Part shown: positions 8,622-16,761 of the stretch, piece by piece
Position numbering within the stretch: position 1 is the first letter of the stretch
Layout: each line of letters opens with the position of its first letter
DNA from: an uncultured virus (IMG/VR IMGVR_UViG_3300005461_000343)
Taxonomy: Duplodnaviria; Heunggongvirae; Uroviricota; Caudoviricetes
Reading direction: 5' to 3' (one strand)
Virus record (IMG/VR): IMGVR_UViG_3300005461_000343
Length of the DNA: 64,000 nt
The notes under the pieces: generated by a model
What the model saw: only the letters and a program-made list of their open reading frames with translations
Database searches by the model: none
What the model was told of the DNA's origin: nothing
Translations under genes and position numbers: made by a program

Positions 8622-9467
8622 ATGGAAGAATTAGCAGTATTAGACTATGCCAAGTCAAAATTCGAAATGGCTTGCAAGGAAGCGTCCACGCTTCAGTTAG
8701 TGAACAATTTTACGGCGGCCTTCACGGCGGTGAACGTGATCGGCCTACTACGGGAGGCCATGACGGACGAGGTGATGGACAAGGTATTCATGCCTTTGAT
8801 GAACACTAAGGTGGGTTTCTTGACAGATCGTACAGGTAAACCTAACTCCCGGGGAGAGGTAAAACCTTTATATTCCCGGGATGTCGTAAGAGACGCTATC
8901 ATAGACGGGATATCCATAGGGTTGTTGCCAACCGGGAATCAGATGAACATCATCGCGGATCGAATGTATCCGACAAAAGAGGGTTATACGGCGCTATTGA
9001 GGAAACTCGGGGTCAAATATTTCATAGACACGTCCTACGACAAGGGGCAGACACCCGGTTTCGCCGAGATCCCGTGCAAGATATCCTATGAGCATAACGG
9101 GGATAAAAACTCGTTCTCCATCACGGCCACGGTCAAGAAGGACAGCTACAGCTCGCACGACCAATTACGGGGAAAGGCCGAGAGGAAAGCCAAGAAAACC
9201 CTATATGAGTATATCACCGGATGCGATCTGGGAGATGCGGACCCGGACGTGAGCGTGGTTGACATCCCTTATGCGGATGTCACGAATGACGAGAAATTAA
9301 AGGAGGATTTGAACAACTCGGCGAACAAGGAGGAATTTAGGGCAAAAAAAAGCGATCCGACTACGGCGAGTCAAGATCCCAGACCAAATCCCGGTAACCC
9401 CGAGCCACCCAAGGCACAATCATTTAATAACGCCTCTCAAGGCAAGCCTAACTGGATGAGAAGATGA
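8622..9467 (+). CDS. Putative single-strand annealing recombinase (RecT/Bet-like position)
   Basis: Lies between the ATPase and the MBL nuclease, as in phage recombination modules; low-complexity C-terminal tail. Confidence 0.55.
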   Translation: MEELAVLDYAKSKFEMACKEASTLQLVNNFTAAFTAVNVIGLLREAMTDEVMDKVFMPLMNTKVGFLTDRTGKPNSRGEVKPLYSRDVVRDAIIDGISIGLLPTGNQMNIIADRMYPTKEGYTALLRKLGVKYFIDTSYDKGQTPGFAEIPCKISYEHNGDKNSFSITATVKKDSYSSHDQLRGKAERKAKKTLYEYITGCDLGDADPDVSVVDIPYADVTNDEKLKEDLNNSANKEEFRAKKSDPTTASQDPRPNPGNPEPPKAQSFNNASQGKPNWMRR

Positions 9468-10207
9468 GACTATACGTAGCGGGCAGTTCCTCCTCGGGGA
9501 ACTGCTACCTATTATATGATGAGAGGGAGATTCTGATACTGGAATGCGGCGTACCTTTCAAGAACATCAACGGCCTCCCGTTCTTCGATCTGGAGAAGGT
9601 CGTTGGATGCGTGATATCGCATGAGCACGGCGATCACGCCGGAAGGATAAACGAGTTCCTTGATTACGGGGTAGATTGTTTGGCGTCCTCCGGCACGATA
9701 AGCTCGTTATCTTTTACGAGCAAGCGCCTGCCATTGATGATAGAGGAAGGCGTTACCGTAATGGCCGGGGCCTTCTCCATAGTCCCTTTCAAGATCGCCC
9801 ATGACGCCAAGGAGCCTCTGGGTTTTCTCATAGACCATCCGGATACGGGGCCTATCCTGTTCGTCACGGACACGTACATGCTCTATTATCGGTTCCCGAG
9901 TCTCAGGCACGTCATGATCGAGTGCAATTACGACAGGTCTATCCTAGACCGGAACGTGGCGGAAGGGAGGATAAACAAGTCCAGACGAGACCGGACATTG
10001 CTATCCCATATGGAGCTAGGAACATGCGTGACAACCTTGGAGGCTAACGACCTCTCGGGGGTTGACAACATAATCCTGCTCCATTTGTCCGATGACAATA
10101 GTGACGAGGTTTTATTCAAGGAGAAAGTAAGCGAGGCTACCCAACGACCGACTTTCGTGGCGACACCGGGCTTGGACATAAACCTTACACGGCCATGGTC
10201 AAGATAG
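9464..10207 (+). CDS. MBL-fold metallo-hydrolase (nuclease)
   Basis: GSSSSGNCY, SHEHGDH, HDA, TDT, IECNY and LLHLS motifs. Confidence 0.9.
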   Translation: MRLYVAGSSSSGNCYLLYDEREILILECGVPFKNINGLPFFDLEKVVGCVISHEHGDHAGRINEFLDYGVDCLASSGTISSLSFTSKRLPLMIEEGVTVMAGAFSIVPFKIAHDAKEPLGFLIDHPDTGPILFVTDTYMLYYRFPSLRHVMIECNYDRSILDRNVAEGRINKSRRDRTLLSHMELGTCVTTLEANDLSGVDNIILLHLSDDNSDEVLFKEKVSEATQRPTFVATPGLDINLTRPWSR

Positions 10208-10623
10208 AGAAGACAGGGACGGACACGGATTTAACGGAGTTCCTTTGCGAGTTGGCCGGATATCCACCCGGTACTTACCAAGTGACGATATATCCCGTCG
10301 GAGATCTAAGATCCGGAGAGCAAAACAGGTATCTGTGGGGAGTGGTCTACCCTCTCCTGCTCGAGGGACTCAAAGATATAGGCTACGCTTATACGACTAC
10401 CCAAGAAGTCCACGAGTTTTGCAAGAGGACGTTTTCTGATAGATACGTGAATTACCATTCCGGAGAGATCATAGACATCCCCGACTCCACCAAGGAAATG
10501 GACAGGAAGACTTTCGCCACATATTTACAGGTAATCAGGGAATGGTCGCTTGAATATCTAGGTATCGAGATACCAGACCCACAATACAAGAATAATGAAA
10601 GAACTGATATTATGCCTCAATGA
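10195..10623 (+). CDS. NinB/Orf-like recombination accessory protein
   Basis: RSGEQNRYLWGVVY and STKEMDRKTFATYLQVIREWS...GIEIPDP pattern. Confidence 0.6.
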   Translation: MVKIEKTGTDTDLTEFLCELAGYPPGTYQVTIYPVGDLRSGEQNRYLWGVVYPLLLEGLKDIGYAYTTTQEVHEFCKRTFSDRYVNYHSGEIIDIPDSTKEMDRKTFATYLQVIREWSLEYLGIEIPDPQYKNNERTDIMPQ

Positions 10624-10795
10624 GGCTTGCTCTAAAAGGCATTGCCTCTGTCATCAACGGCAAAAACATTGGAAAGACCCGTCTAAAAAAGATGGGGAAA
10701 CTGTAAGGCCGGAATCGGTCTTACTTGACGGGAACACCCCTTGTAAGGGGTATGTCCCACAATTTGAAAGGAGAAAATATAACATTAAATATTAA
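10595..10795 (+). CDS. Small Cys-rich hypothetical protein
   Basis: CLNEACSKRHCLC motif; overlaps the upstream gene. Confidence 0.55.
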   Translation: MKELILCLNEACSKRHCLCHQRQKHWKDPSKKDGETVRPESVLLDGNTPCKGYVPQFERRKYNIKY

Positions 10796-10800
10796 TGCAT

Positions 10801-11640
10801 ATGAGTATAGAGACTAAAAAAAATGAGATCAGGTATCAGACTTAGGATCCAAGGAGAATGTTGAATAAATATCTTACACGACATGTATGTAAGACGTGGA
10901 AAGAGGACTTTATTGACGAGGATACCCAAGAGGCAGTCACTATCGAACGAAACGAGATGTTGTTTCAGAGGGGAACACTAATAGATCAAGATGTATTGGC
11001 GAAGATCCGGTTTTGCTATGATGCGGGGGATATCAAAGGCGACATTGAGGTCAGTAATCAGAAACGCTTAGGTTTCGAGATTCTTAATGAGTGCCTGTAT
11101 CCTTATCTGGCACAGGTTTGCATCGATGAAAAGAGATACAAGTTCCTTTTTTACGCCACGGGTATAGAGCCAGCGAACGCATTACTGAAAGATTACATCG
11201 AGTTAAACTATAATTTCGGTTTCAGGATCACCATGATCAAGGAATTCGACAAATGCGTGATCCTCACTGATACGTTGAAAGAAAAGAAGACCGATGTGGA
11301 ACCGTTAGAGATACCAGAAAACGCCCCTGAGGATAATCCGGACACGATGGAGGACGAGGAGCCAAAAGATGATAATCGAAAATTCTATCAGATTGAGACG
11401 AAAATAATGTACGGAGAGGTCGAGTCATCTGGAACCTTCGTGGTAAACACTTATAATGTGGAGCGGGCCATGATGCTCATCAACGCCTATCTCAAGAAAC
11501 AGGAGGACGATCATGAAAGAGAGGCCAAGGAAAAGGGATGGACGTTCGAGAGAAAAGAGATTCATCCCACAATAGAGGCCGCCAAGCCAATATCCATAGG
11601 AAGATTTATTCCCAAGGAGTTCTCTTTGGCTTACAAATGA
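10801..11640 (+). CDS. Protein with an RpoB-like N-terminal segment; in-frame TAG at 10843-10845 (downstream ATG at 10858)
   Basis: ATG at 10801 gives MSIETKKNEIRYQT*DPRRMLNKYLTRHVCKTWKEDFIDEDTQEAVTIERNE. The latter part resembles Bacteroidetes RpoB. Confidence 0.7.
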
Positions 11641-11714
11641 TTCGTGTTTTTCATGGTATTAGATTTGGGTTAGAATGATTATCCCCGCCGTTCGCGAGGA
11701 TATGCGGGGATTTC

Positions 11715-11792
11715 GGGCGGTAAGTATTCCGGGATGAAACGTTACGGAGTGCGCATGACGTAAAGAGGCCGGTTCGATCCCGGCACCGTCCA
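11715..11792 (+). ncRNA. tRNA-like RNA lacking a D stem, with G3:U70
   Basis: Acceptor GGGCGGT/ACCGTCC plus discriminator A, perfect T arm GCCGG-TTCGATC-CCGGC, central stem ACGTTA/TGACGT with an 11-nt loop. Confidence 0.65.
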
Positions 11793-11812
11793 CGAATAAC
11801 AAACATCTAATT

Positions 11813-11965
11813 ATGGAAACAATACAGAATTTAGATCACTTGACAATGGCCATGTACCTTATCACCGCAATACTCGGACTTATAGCAGTGATCTTGGCCA
11901 TATTCTTACTAATAAACGATAAAGAAAGGAGGAATCCATGGGAAAGAAAAGATACGAATTGGTGA
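11813..11965 (+). CDS. 50-aa single-TM peptide (not in the ORF track)
   Basis: METIQNLDHLTMAMYLITAILGLIAVILAIFLLINDKERRNPWERKDTNW. Confidence 0.55.
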   Translation: METIQNLDHLTMAMYLITAILGLIAVILAIFLLINDKERRNPWERKDTNW

Positions 11966-12435
11966 TAGCCGTTGACCCAGACATAGATAAATCCGGCGTA
12001 TGCGTACTGTCTCCTTCGACGAGACAGTTAATTCTAAAGAGCCTCCCCTTCCCTGTGTTGGTCGATTTCATAAAGGAGGCGAGAGAGAGGTACAAGGGAG
12101 TAGACATAGTGGTCATTGTCGAGGCAGGATGGCTTAACGAAAAAAGCAACTTCCATAAATCGAGGGGTAAATCCGGCGAGAGGATAGCCAAGTATGTAGG
12201 TCGTAACCAGCAAACCGGGATATTGCTTCTCCAGATGTGCGAGCACATAGGTATTCCCTGCGAAGAGGTAAAGCCTTTGACCAAGCATTGGAAAGGGGAC
12301 GAGGGCAAGATAACCCATGAGGAACTCTCCTACATAGTCGGTCCCTTGCCTAAGAGAACGAACCAAGACCAACGTGACGCTACGATTCTGGCTTGGTGGT
12401 ACGCCGATCTACCAATAAAAATAAAGACTTGGTGA
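11938..12435 (+). CDS. RuvC-like (RNase H fold) Holliday junction resolvase
   Basis: IAVDPDIDKSGV, VIVEAGW and DQRDA acidic motifs. Confidence 0.65.
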   Translation: MGKKRYELVIAVDPDIDKSGVCVLSPSTRQLILKSLPFPVLVDFIKEARERYKGVDIVVIVEAGWLNEKSNFHKSRGKSGERIAKYVGRNQQTGILLLQMCEHIGIPCEEVKPLTKHWKGDEGKITHEELSYIVGPLPKRTNQDQRDATILAWWYADLPIKIKTW

Positions 12436-12436
12436 T

Positions 12437-12601
12437 ATGGCGAAGAAGAGAGACGAGCAAGAAAAGCAAGAAAAGGTGAAATGCGCCGATTGCGTGAACG
12501 GCAAGCCTCACAAGGGACTAGCTGTATGGTGCATAGTGCTAAATACCGGAAGAGTAGCTAATAGTCTTAGGTTTTGCGATGTATTCAAAAGGAAATTATG
12601 A
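12437..12601 (+). CDS. Small Cys-rich protein (not in the ORF track)
   Basis: MAKKRDEQEKQEKVKCADCVNG...WC...FCDVFKRKL. Confidence 0.5.
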   Translation: MAKKRDEQEKQEKVKCADCVNGKPHKGLAVWCIVLNTGRVANSLRFCDVFKRKL

Positions 12602-12640
12602 TTACATGATATAAAAAACATGCTTATGGAGAATTAGCGT

Positions 12641-13420
12641 ATGGATACAAGGAAAGAGCTGACAAGCTATTTTCCGCACGATAGCAATGCCAGAAACTCA
12701 GATAAGCTGATTCGTTTACGAATGAGGCATAAAGCCGCCGGATATGGTGTTTTCTTCATGATATTAGAACGTCTTAGAGAGGAGCCAAACTATATGAGTG
12801 TCAAAGATTATAACATGATAGCCTTTGACCTTCGTGAGGACGCATCCTTAATAAAATCCGTCATTGAGGATTTCGGGTTATTTGTCTTTACCGAGGACGG
12901 TAAGTACTTCTACTCCGAGAGTTTCAAGCAAAGGATGGGATTCAAGGACGAGAAATCAAGAAAACGATCAGAAGCCGGGAAGTTAGGCATGGCTAAAAGA
13001 TGGGGAAATAACAATGTTATAACAAATCCGCAAAGTAACGATAACAATGTTATAACAAAAACGGATGAAATTATAACAAGAAAAGAAAAAGAAAGAAAAG
13101 AAAAAGAAAGAAAAGAAAAAGAAATACCCCCTCTATCCCCCACGGGGGGAAGCGGAGGAGGAAGTTTTTTTAATCTTTCTAGGAATGACCCGCCGCCTTC
13201 GGACGGCGTGAAAAGGAATTATGAGGCTTTGACACGGGAACTCACCAATTTCAAGCTCTCTCCCGATGAGTTCAATACTATTTGCGAGTTATCGAACTAT
13301 GGAGAGATAGGAAATCCCGTGTGGAAACTATTGCAAAGGATACGGGATAGCCGGGAGGGGAAATACAAGATCGATCATCCCGGAAGATTTTTGATATCCA
13401 GATTAAAAAACAATGATTAA
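12641..13420 (+). CDS. Replication initiator (DUF4373/Lin1244-like N-terminus)
   Basis: YFPHDSNARNSDKLIRLRMRHKAAGYGVFFMILE, R...S.AGK.G..KRW, and internal iteron-like repeats. Confidence 0.75.
   Translation: MDTRKELTSYFPHDSNARNSDKLIRLRMRHKAAGYGVFFMILERLREEPNYMSVKDYNMIAFDLREDASLIKSVIEDFGLFVFTEDGKYFYSESFKQRMGFKDEKSRKRSEAGKLGMAKRWGNNNVITNPQSNDNNVITKTDEIITRKEKERKEKERKEKEIPPLSPTGGSGGGSFFNLSRNDPPPSDGVKRNYEALTRELTNFKLSPDEFNTICELSNYGEIGNPVWKLLQRIRDSREGKYKIDHPGRFLISRLKNND
13008..13123. repeat. Putative phage origin: iterons plus A-rich tract inside the initiator gene
   Basis: ATAACAATGTTATAACAAA at 13008 and 13041, partial copy at 13071, then about three AAAAGAAAAAGAAAG repeats. Confidence 0.65.
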
Positions 13421-13892
13421 GACCGTAACTCTCTATCCGGGCAGATACGCATATATCTGTCCTTGCGGCCATCCCTATCAGGTGATGACCTTATACAGGA
13501 AGACTAGTAACGTAGCGGTCTATTGCTTCGCTTGCAAGCAACAGACCGGAAAACACATAAGAATCATGGATCAGAACATAGATTTCGCCGTTAACTCGAA
13601 TAACAAGTTGAACGGCACGTATTTCACCGCATTGAGGTTGCACGATCCGATAAAGTATTGCGTGGGGAACGTACTCACGGTTTCGGTCAAGCAGCAACCA
13701 CGAGGTAAGGCCAAGATTATCAGGGTAAACAGTTTCACGATAGACAAGGTAAATGACTACATATCGTGCTTGGATTCCGGATTAAAGGCCGATGAGTATA
13801 AGACTATAATCAAGAAGACATATTCCGGCAAGGGGATAAACTGGGACAAACAGCTTTTAGACTTTTGCCTGTTTGAATACTTAAACAAGTGA
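13413..13892 (+). CDS. Zn-ribbon plus PUA/ASCH-like hypothetical protein
   Basis: CPCG...CFAC, then FTALRL...KYCVGNV. Confidence 0.5.
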   Translation: MIKTVTLYPGRYAYICPCGHPYQVMTLYRKTSNVAVYCFACKQQTGKHIRIMDQNIDFAVNSNNKLNGTYFTALRLHDPIKYCVGNVLTVSVKQQPRGKAKIIRVNSFTIDKVNDYISCLDSGLKADEYKTIIKKTYSGKGINWDKQLLDFCLFEYLNK

Positions 13893-14131
13893 AAATGGAA
13901 ATAATCAACAGACTGAAGAACACCCCTACCGGATTGATCGTGTTGGTAGGAGACATGAAAATTATCGTGGAAAAGTACAGGCCGTACTACAACGGGCAGA
14001 ACAAGATCCCGTGCAGGGGATGCGTCTTCCGGGACGAGGGAGCGAGATTCTGCGAATACTCATCTGCTTGCATGGCCCATCTGAGGCCGGATCATGAAAG
14101 CGTAGTTTTTGCTAAAACGAGAGAGACATGA
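13889..14131 (+). CDS. Small Cys-rich hypothetical protein
   Basis: CRGCVF...C...C..RPD.ESVVF pattern. Confidence 0.55.
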   Translation: MKMEIINRLKNTPTGLIVLVGDMKIIVEKYRPYYNGQNKIPCRGCVFRDEGARFCEYSSACMAHLRPDHESVVFAKTRET

Positions 14132-14547
14132 CACATGGATCATTATTTTCTGGCGTGGGCGGCTTTGACCTTGCCGCCGAATGGATGGGATGGGAGAACC
14201 TGTTCCATTGCGAGATTAACGAGTGGTGCCAAAAGGTACTGAGGTTCCATTTCCCAAAAAGCATTCAATATGACGATATTACAAGAACTGATTTCACTCC
14301 GTGGAGAGGGAAGGTTGACGTACTCACAGGAGGGTTTCCTTGCCAGCCATTTTCAGTCGCAGGACAACGAAAAGGACAGGAGGATGACCGTTACCTCTGG
14401 CCGGAAATGCTCCGTGCTATACGAGAGATACGACCCACTTGGGTCATTGGTGAGAACGTTGCTGGAATCCTATCGATGGTACAACCCGGCAGTGAGGTAC
14501 AGGAGGTGATTTGGATTAATTATGATTTAGAGAAAACATTGTTTTGA
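14128..14547 (+). pseudogene. Truncated C5 cytosine methyltransferase fused to a Dam-like C-terminal tail
   Basis: Motif I (SLFSGVGG), motif IV (GGFPCQPFS) and motif VI (ENV) are present; motifs VIII-X are absent. Ends in QEVIWINY. Confidence 0.75.
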
Positions 14548-14548
14548 T

Positions 14549-14905
14549 ATGAAAAAAGCAGGAGATATAGATATTCCAGAAAAAAACAAAATGGATAACA
14601 TATTCACGATTTGCTATTCAAGGCAGGAAGCCAATGAGATCGGACATTTCATTATGAGCAATGGATACGAAGGCGTTCAGAATGACAGCTATAGATATTG
14701 TGATCTAATGATTCGGGCAGCGTTAAAAGAAGCCGTGAGACATCATGAGAATTGTATATATGTCGGTGTTAGCGGATGCCAAATGATTGTATCCAGAACA
14801 AAAAGAGGGCTTAGAAGAAAGGGACTCAAATATATAGAGAAGAAACGGTTGTTTTACAATTTATTAAAGAATTATAGATTAACAATTAAATCCAAATTGA
14901 CATGA
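14549..14905 (+). CDS. Hypothetical protein
   Basis: Part of the tightly packed early operon. Confidence 0.55.
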   Translation: MKKAGDIDIPEKNKMDNIFTICYSRQEANEIGHFIMSNGYEGVQNDSYRYCDLMIRAALKEAVRHHENCIYVGVSGCQMIVSRTKRGLRRKGLKYIEKKRLFYNLLKNYRLTIKSKLT

Positions 14906-15246
14906 AAGCGAGAATAAGAAAGACTGGGGAAATCGTTGATGTTATCGCCTTCAAATCTTCCGAAGCCTGTCCTGAAAAGGATTGGGTGCGCTATGTGGAT
15001 TCCGAGGGGCTTGATCTCATACAGGAACTCAACGCTCTAGAGGATCTAGAGGTTATAGATAAGACGGAGGATAAAGCCGTTGATTGGAAACAACGCAGAT
15101 ATGATATTGCAAAAGAAATGATGGCAGCGTTTCTTAGTAATTCAAGCAGAGAAGTCTATGAAGGCACTTTTAAAACACAAGCAGAATATGCCGTAGCTTT
15201 TGCCGATGCGCTCATAGCGGAATTGAAGGAAGGAGGCAAGGAATGA
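14902..15246 (+). CDS. Hypothetical phage protein (DWxQRRYxIAK type)
   Basis: MKARIRKTGEIVDV...DWKQRRYDIAKEMM...AVAFADALIAELK. Confidence 0.65.
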   Translation: MKARIRKTGEIVDVIAFKSSEACPEKDWVRYVDSEGLDLIQELNALEDLEVIDKTEDKAVDWKQRRYDIAKEMMAAFLSNSSREVYEGTFKTQAEYAVAFADALIAELKEGGKE

Positions 15247-15428
15247 CATACCAGCAACTAATCGACAAATGGGAAGGTCAGCTCTCTCTCTGGAGAGATA
15301 CGGCCAAGGACAATCTGTTTCGCACGAAAGAAGATAGAGAAAAGGCTCTCTATTACGCATCCTCTATCTCTGCTTTCTTGATTGATTTGAAGGATATGGA
15401 TAAAAAGGAGGTAAACAATGAGAAATAA
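15243..15428 (+). CDS. Hypothetical protein
   Basis: ATGA overlap with the upstream gene. Confidence 0.5.
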   Translation: MTYQQLIDKWEGQLSLWRDTAKDNLFRTKEDREKALYYASSISAFLIDLKDMDKKEVNNEK

Positions 15429-15567
15429 AGAATTGATTGCTCTTCTCCAAGAGCAAGACCCGGAAGCGGAGGTAATGATCCGCACGTCCGATGGAGAGTA
15501 TGAGTACGATCCGGTGGATGTAACATGGGACGAAGAGATAGAATGCGTGATTATTCAGGAGGGATAG
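15418..15567 (+). CDS. 49-aa acidic hypothetical protein (not in the ORF track)
   Basis: MRNKELIALLQEQDPEAEVMI...CVIIQEG. Confidence 0.55.
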   Translation: MRNKELIALLQEQDPEAEVMIRTSDGEYEYDPVDVTWDEEIECVIIQEG

Positions 15568-15569
15568 AT

Positions 15570-16472
15570 ATGAACTTATTTAACGAGGAGATAGAACAGC
15601 AAGCTATAGAACGTATTCAAAAGTTCGCTAAAATAGCTAGAGCCATGGGTTTCGAGGTATGTCTTGGATTCTCCGGAGGGAAGGACAGCCAAGTATGCTA
15701 TGACTTGTGCAAACGTTCGGGAATAGATTTTAAGGCCTATTTTAACCATTGCTTCGAGAGTAATATCACGATTCGGTTCATAAGAGAAAATTATCCAGAT
15801 GTCATATATAGAAGGGTTGTTAAAGAAGGGTTCATCCGTAATATCAGAATAAATCATAGAGGTTTTTTCCCTTCTGTACAATCCGCTTATTGCTGCAAGG
15901 ATTACAAACATAACCCGGAATCGGCAGATGATTGTAGTATTGTAGGTGTACGGAAAGCTGAAAGCGCAAAACGAAGGGCAAGGACAACGTTTGAAGCGAA
16001 AAACAAAACCGTAATGAAGCGGAACAAATCACTGTTCAACGATTACTTCGAGGATCGGTGCCAGTCTATCGGAACGACCGGTATAATCCAATTGAAGCCA
16101 ATTATTGATTGGACGGACACGGATGTTTGGGATTACATTAAGAAGTATAATTTACCTGTAAATACTGAATATAAAACCTCGAAGCGTGTTGGGTGCATTG
16201 TGTGCCCTAAAGCAGATTTCGCATCAAACAGTATAGGATTGATGAGATACCCAAAACTGATAGACGCTTTCATATTGGCGAAGGAAAAAGGAGGATCTAA
16301 AATAGATTGGATGATTACATCAGAAAATCTCGATTGCGAAGACAACAAGCCTTACTATATCTGCCGTTGGCTTAATCACTCGTTCATGCCGTTCACTAAA
16401 AAGCAAGAGGTATTGTACGAGAAATTTAGAGAGAAGTATGACAATATAAAAAGGAATAAAGATGGAAAATAA
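15570..16472 (+). CDS. PAPS reductase-family (PP-loop) protein
   Basis: FSGGKDS, YCC, GVRKAES..R, PIIDWTDTDVW and RVGCIVCP motifs. Start placed at ATG 15570. Confidence 0.85.
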   Translation: MNLFNEEIEQQAIERIQKFAKIARAMGFEVCLGFSGGKDSQVCYDLCKRSGIDFKAYFNHCFESNITIRFIRENYPDVIYRRVVKEGFIRNIRINHRGFFPSVQSAYCCKDYKHNPESADDCSIVGVRKAESAKRRARTTFEAKNKTVMKRNKSLFNDYFEDRCQSIGTTGIIQLKPIIDWTDTDVWDYIKKYNLPVNTEYKTSKRVGCIVCPKADFASNSIGLMRYPKLIDAFILAKEKGGSKIDWMITSENLDCEDNKPYYICRWLNHSFMPFTKKQEVLYEKFREKYDNIKRNKDGK

Positions 16473-16761
16473 AGTAAAACAATGTCCCGAGTTCCCCTTT
16501 TTCGGCGCATCTTATCCAGACGCAATATGCTGTGACGGCTATCTATGGGATCTTGACTCATATGATAGCGAGGTTGGGGGATTGATCATAGGCGGGGATG
16601 TCCCCTGCCCTTTCTGCAAGACCGAGGAATTTATTGAGCATGATCCTTTTTCCAAGGAAGATGAGTTCTATGAAGGTATTGAGGATGAAGAAAAAGCCAA
16701 GGAAAAAGCTCGTGAATGGTACTTATCTTACATCGATAAATTGAGGGAAAGATATGGATAA
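16462..16761 (+). CDS. Hypothetical protein
   Basis: FGASYPDAICCDGYLWDLDS...PCPFC. Confidence 0.6.
   Translation: MENKVKQCPEFPFFGASYPDAICCDGYLWDLDSYDSEVGGLIIGGDVPCPFCKTEEFIEHDPFSKEDEFYEGIEDEEKAKEKAREWYLSYIDKLRERYG

Noticed and set aside
10843..10845. Genome-wide TAG reassignment
   Set aside because: Portal, TerL and holin end at TAG, long genes are not fragmented, and no suppressor tRNA is seen.
11715..11792. Complete tmRNA or canonical tRNA-Ala
   Set aside because: Only 78 nt, no tag reading frame, no D stem and an 11-nt central loop.
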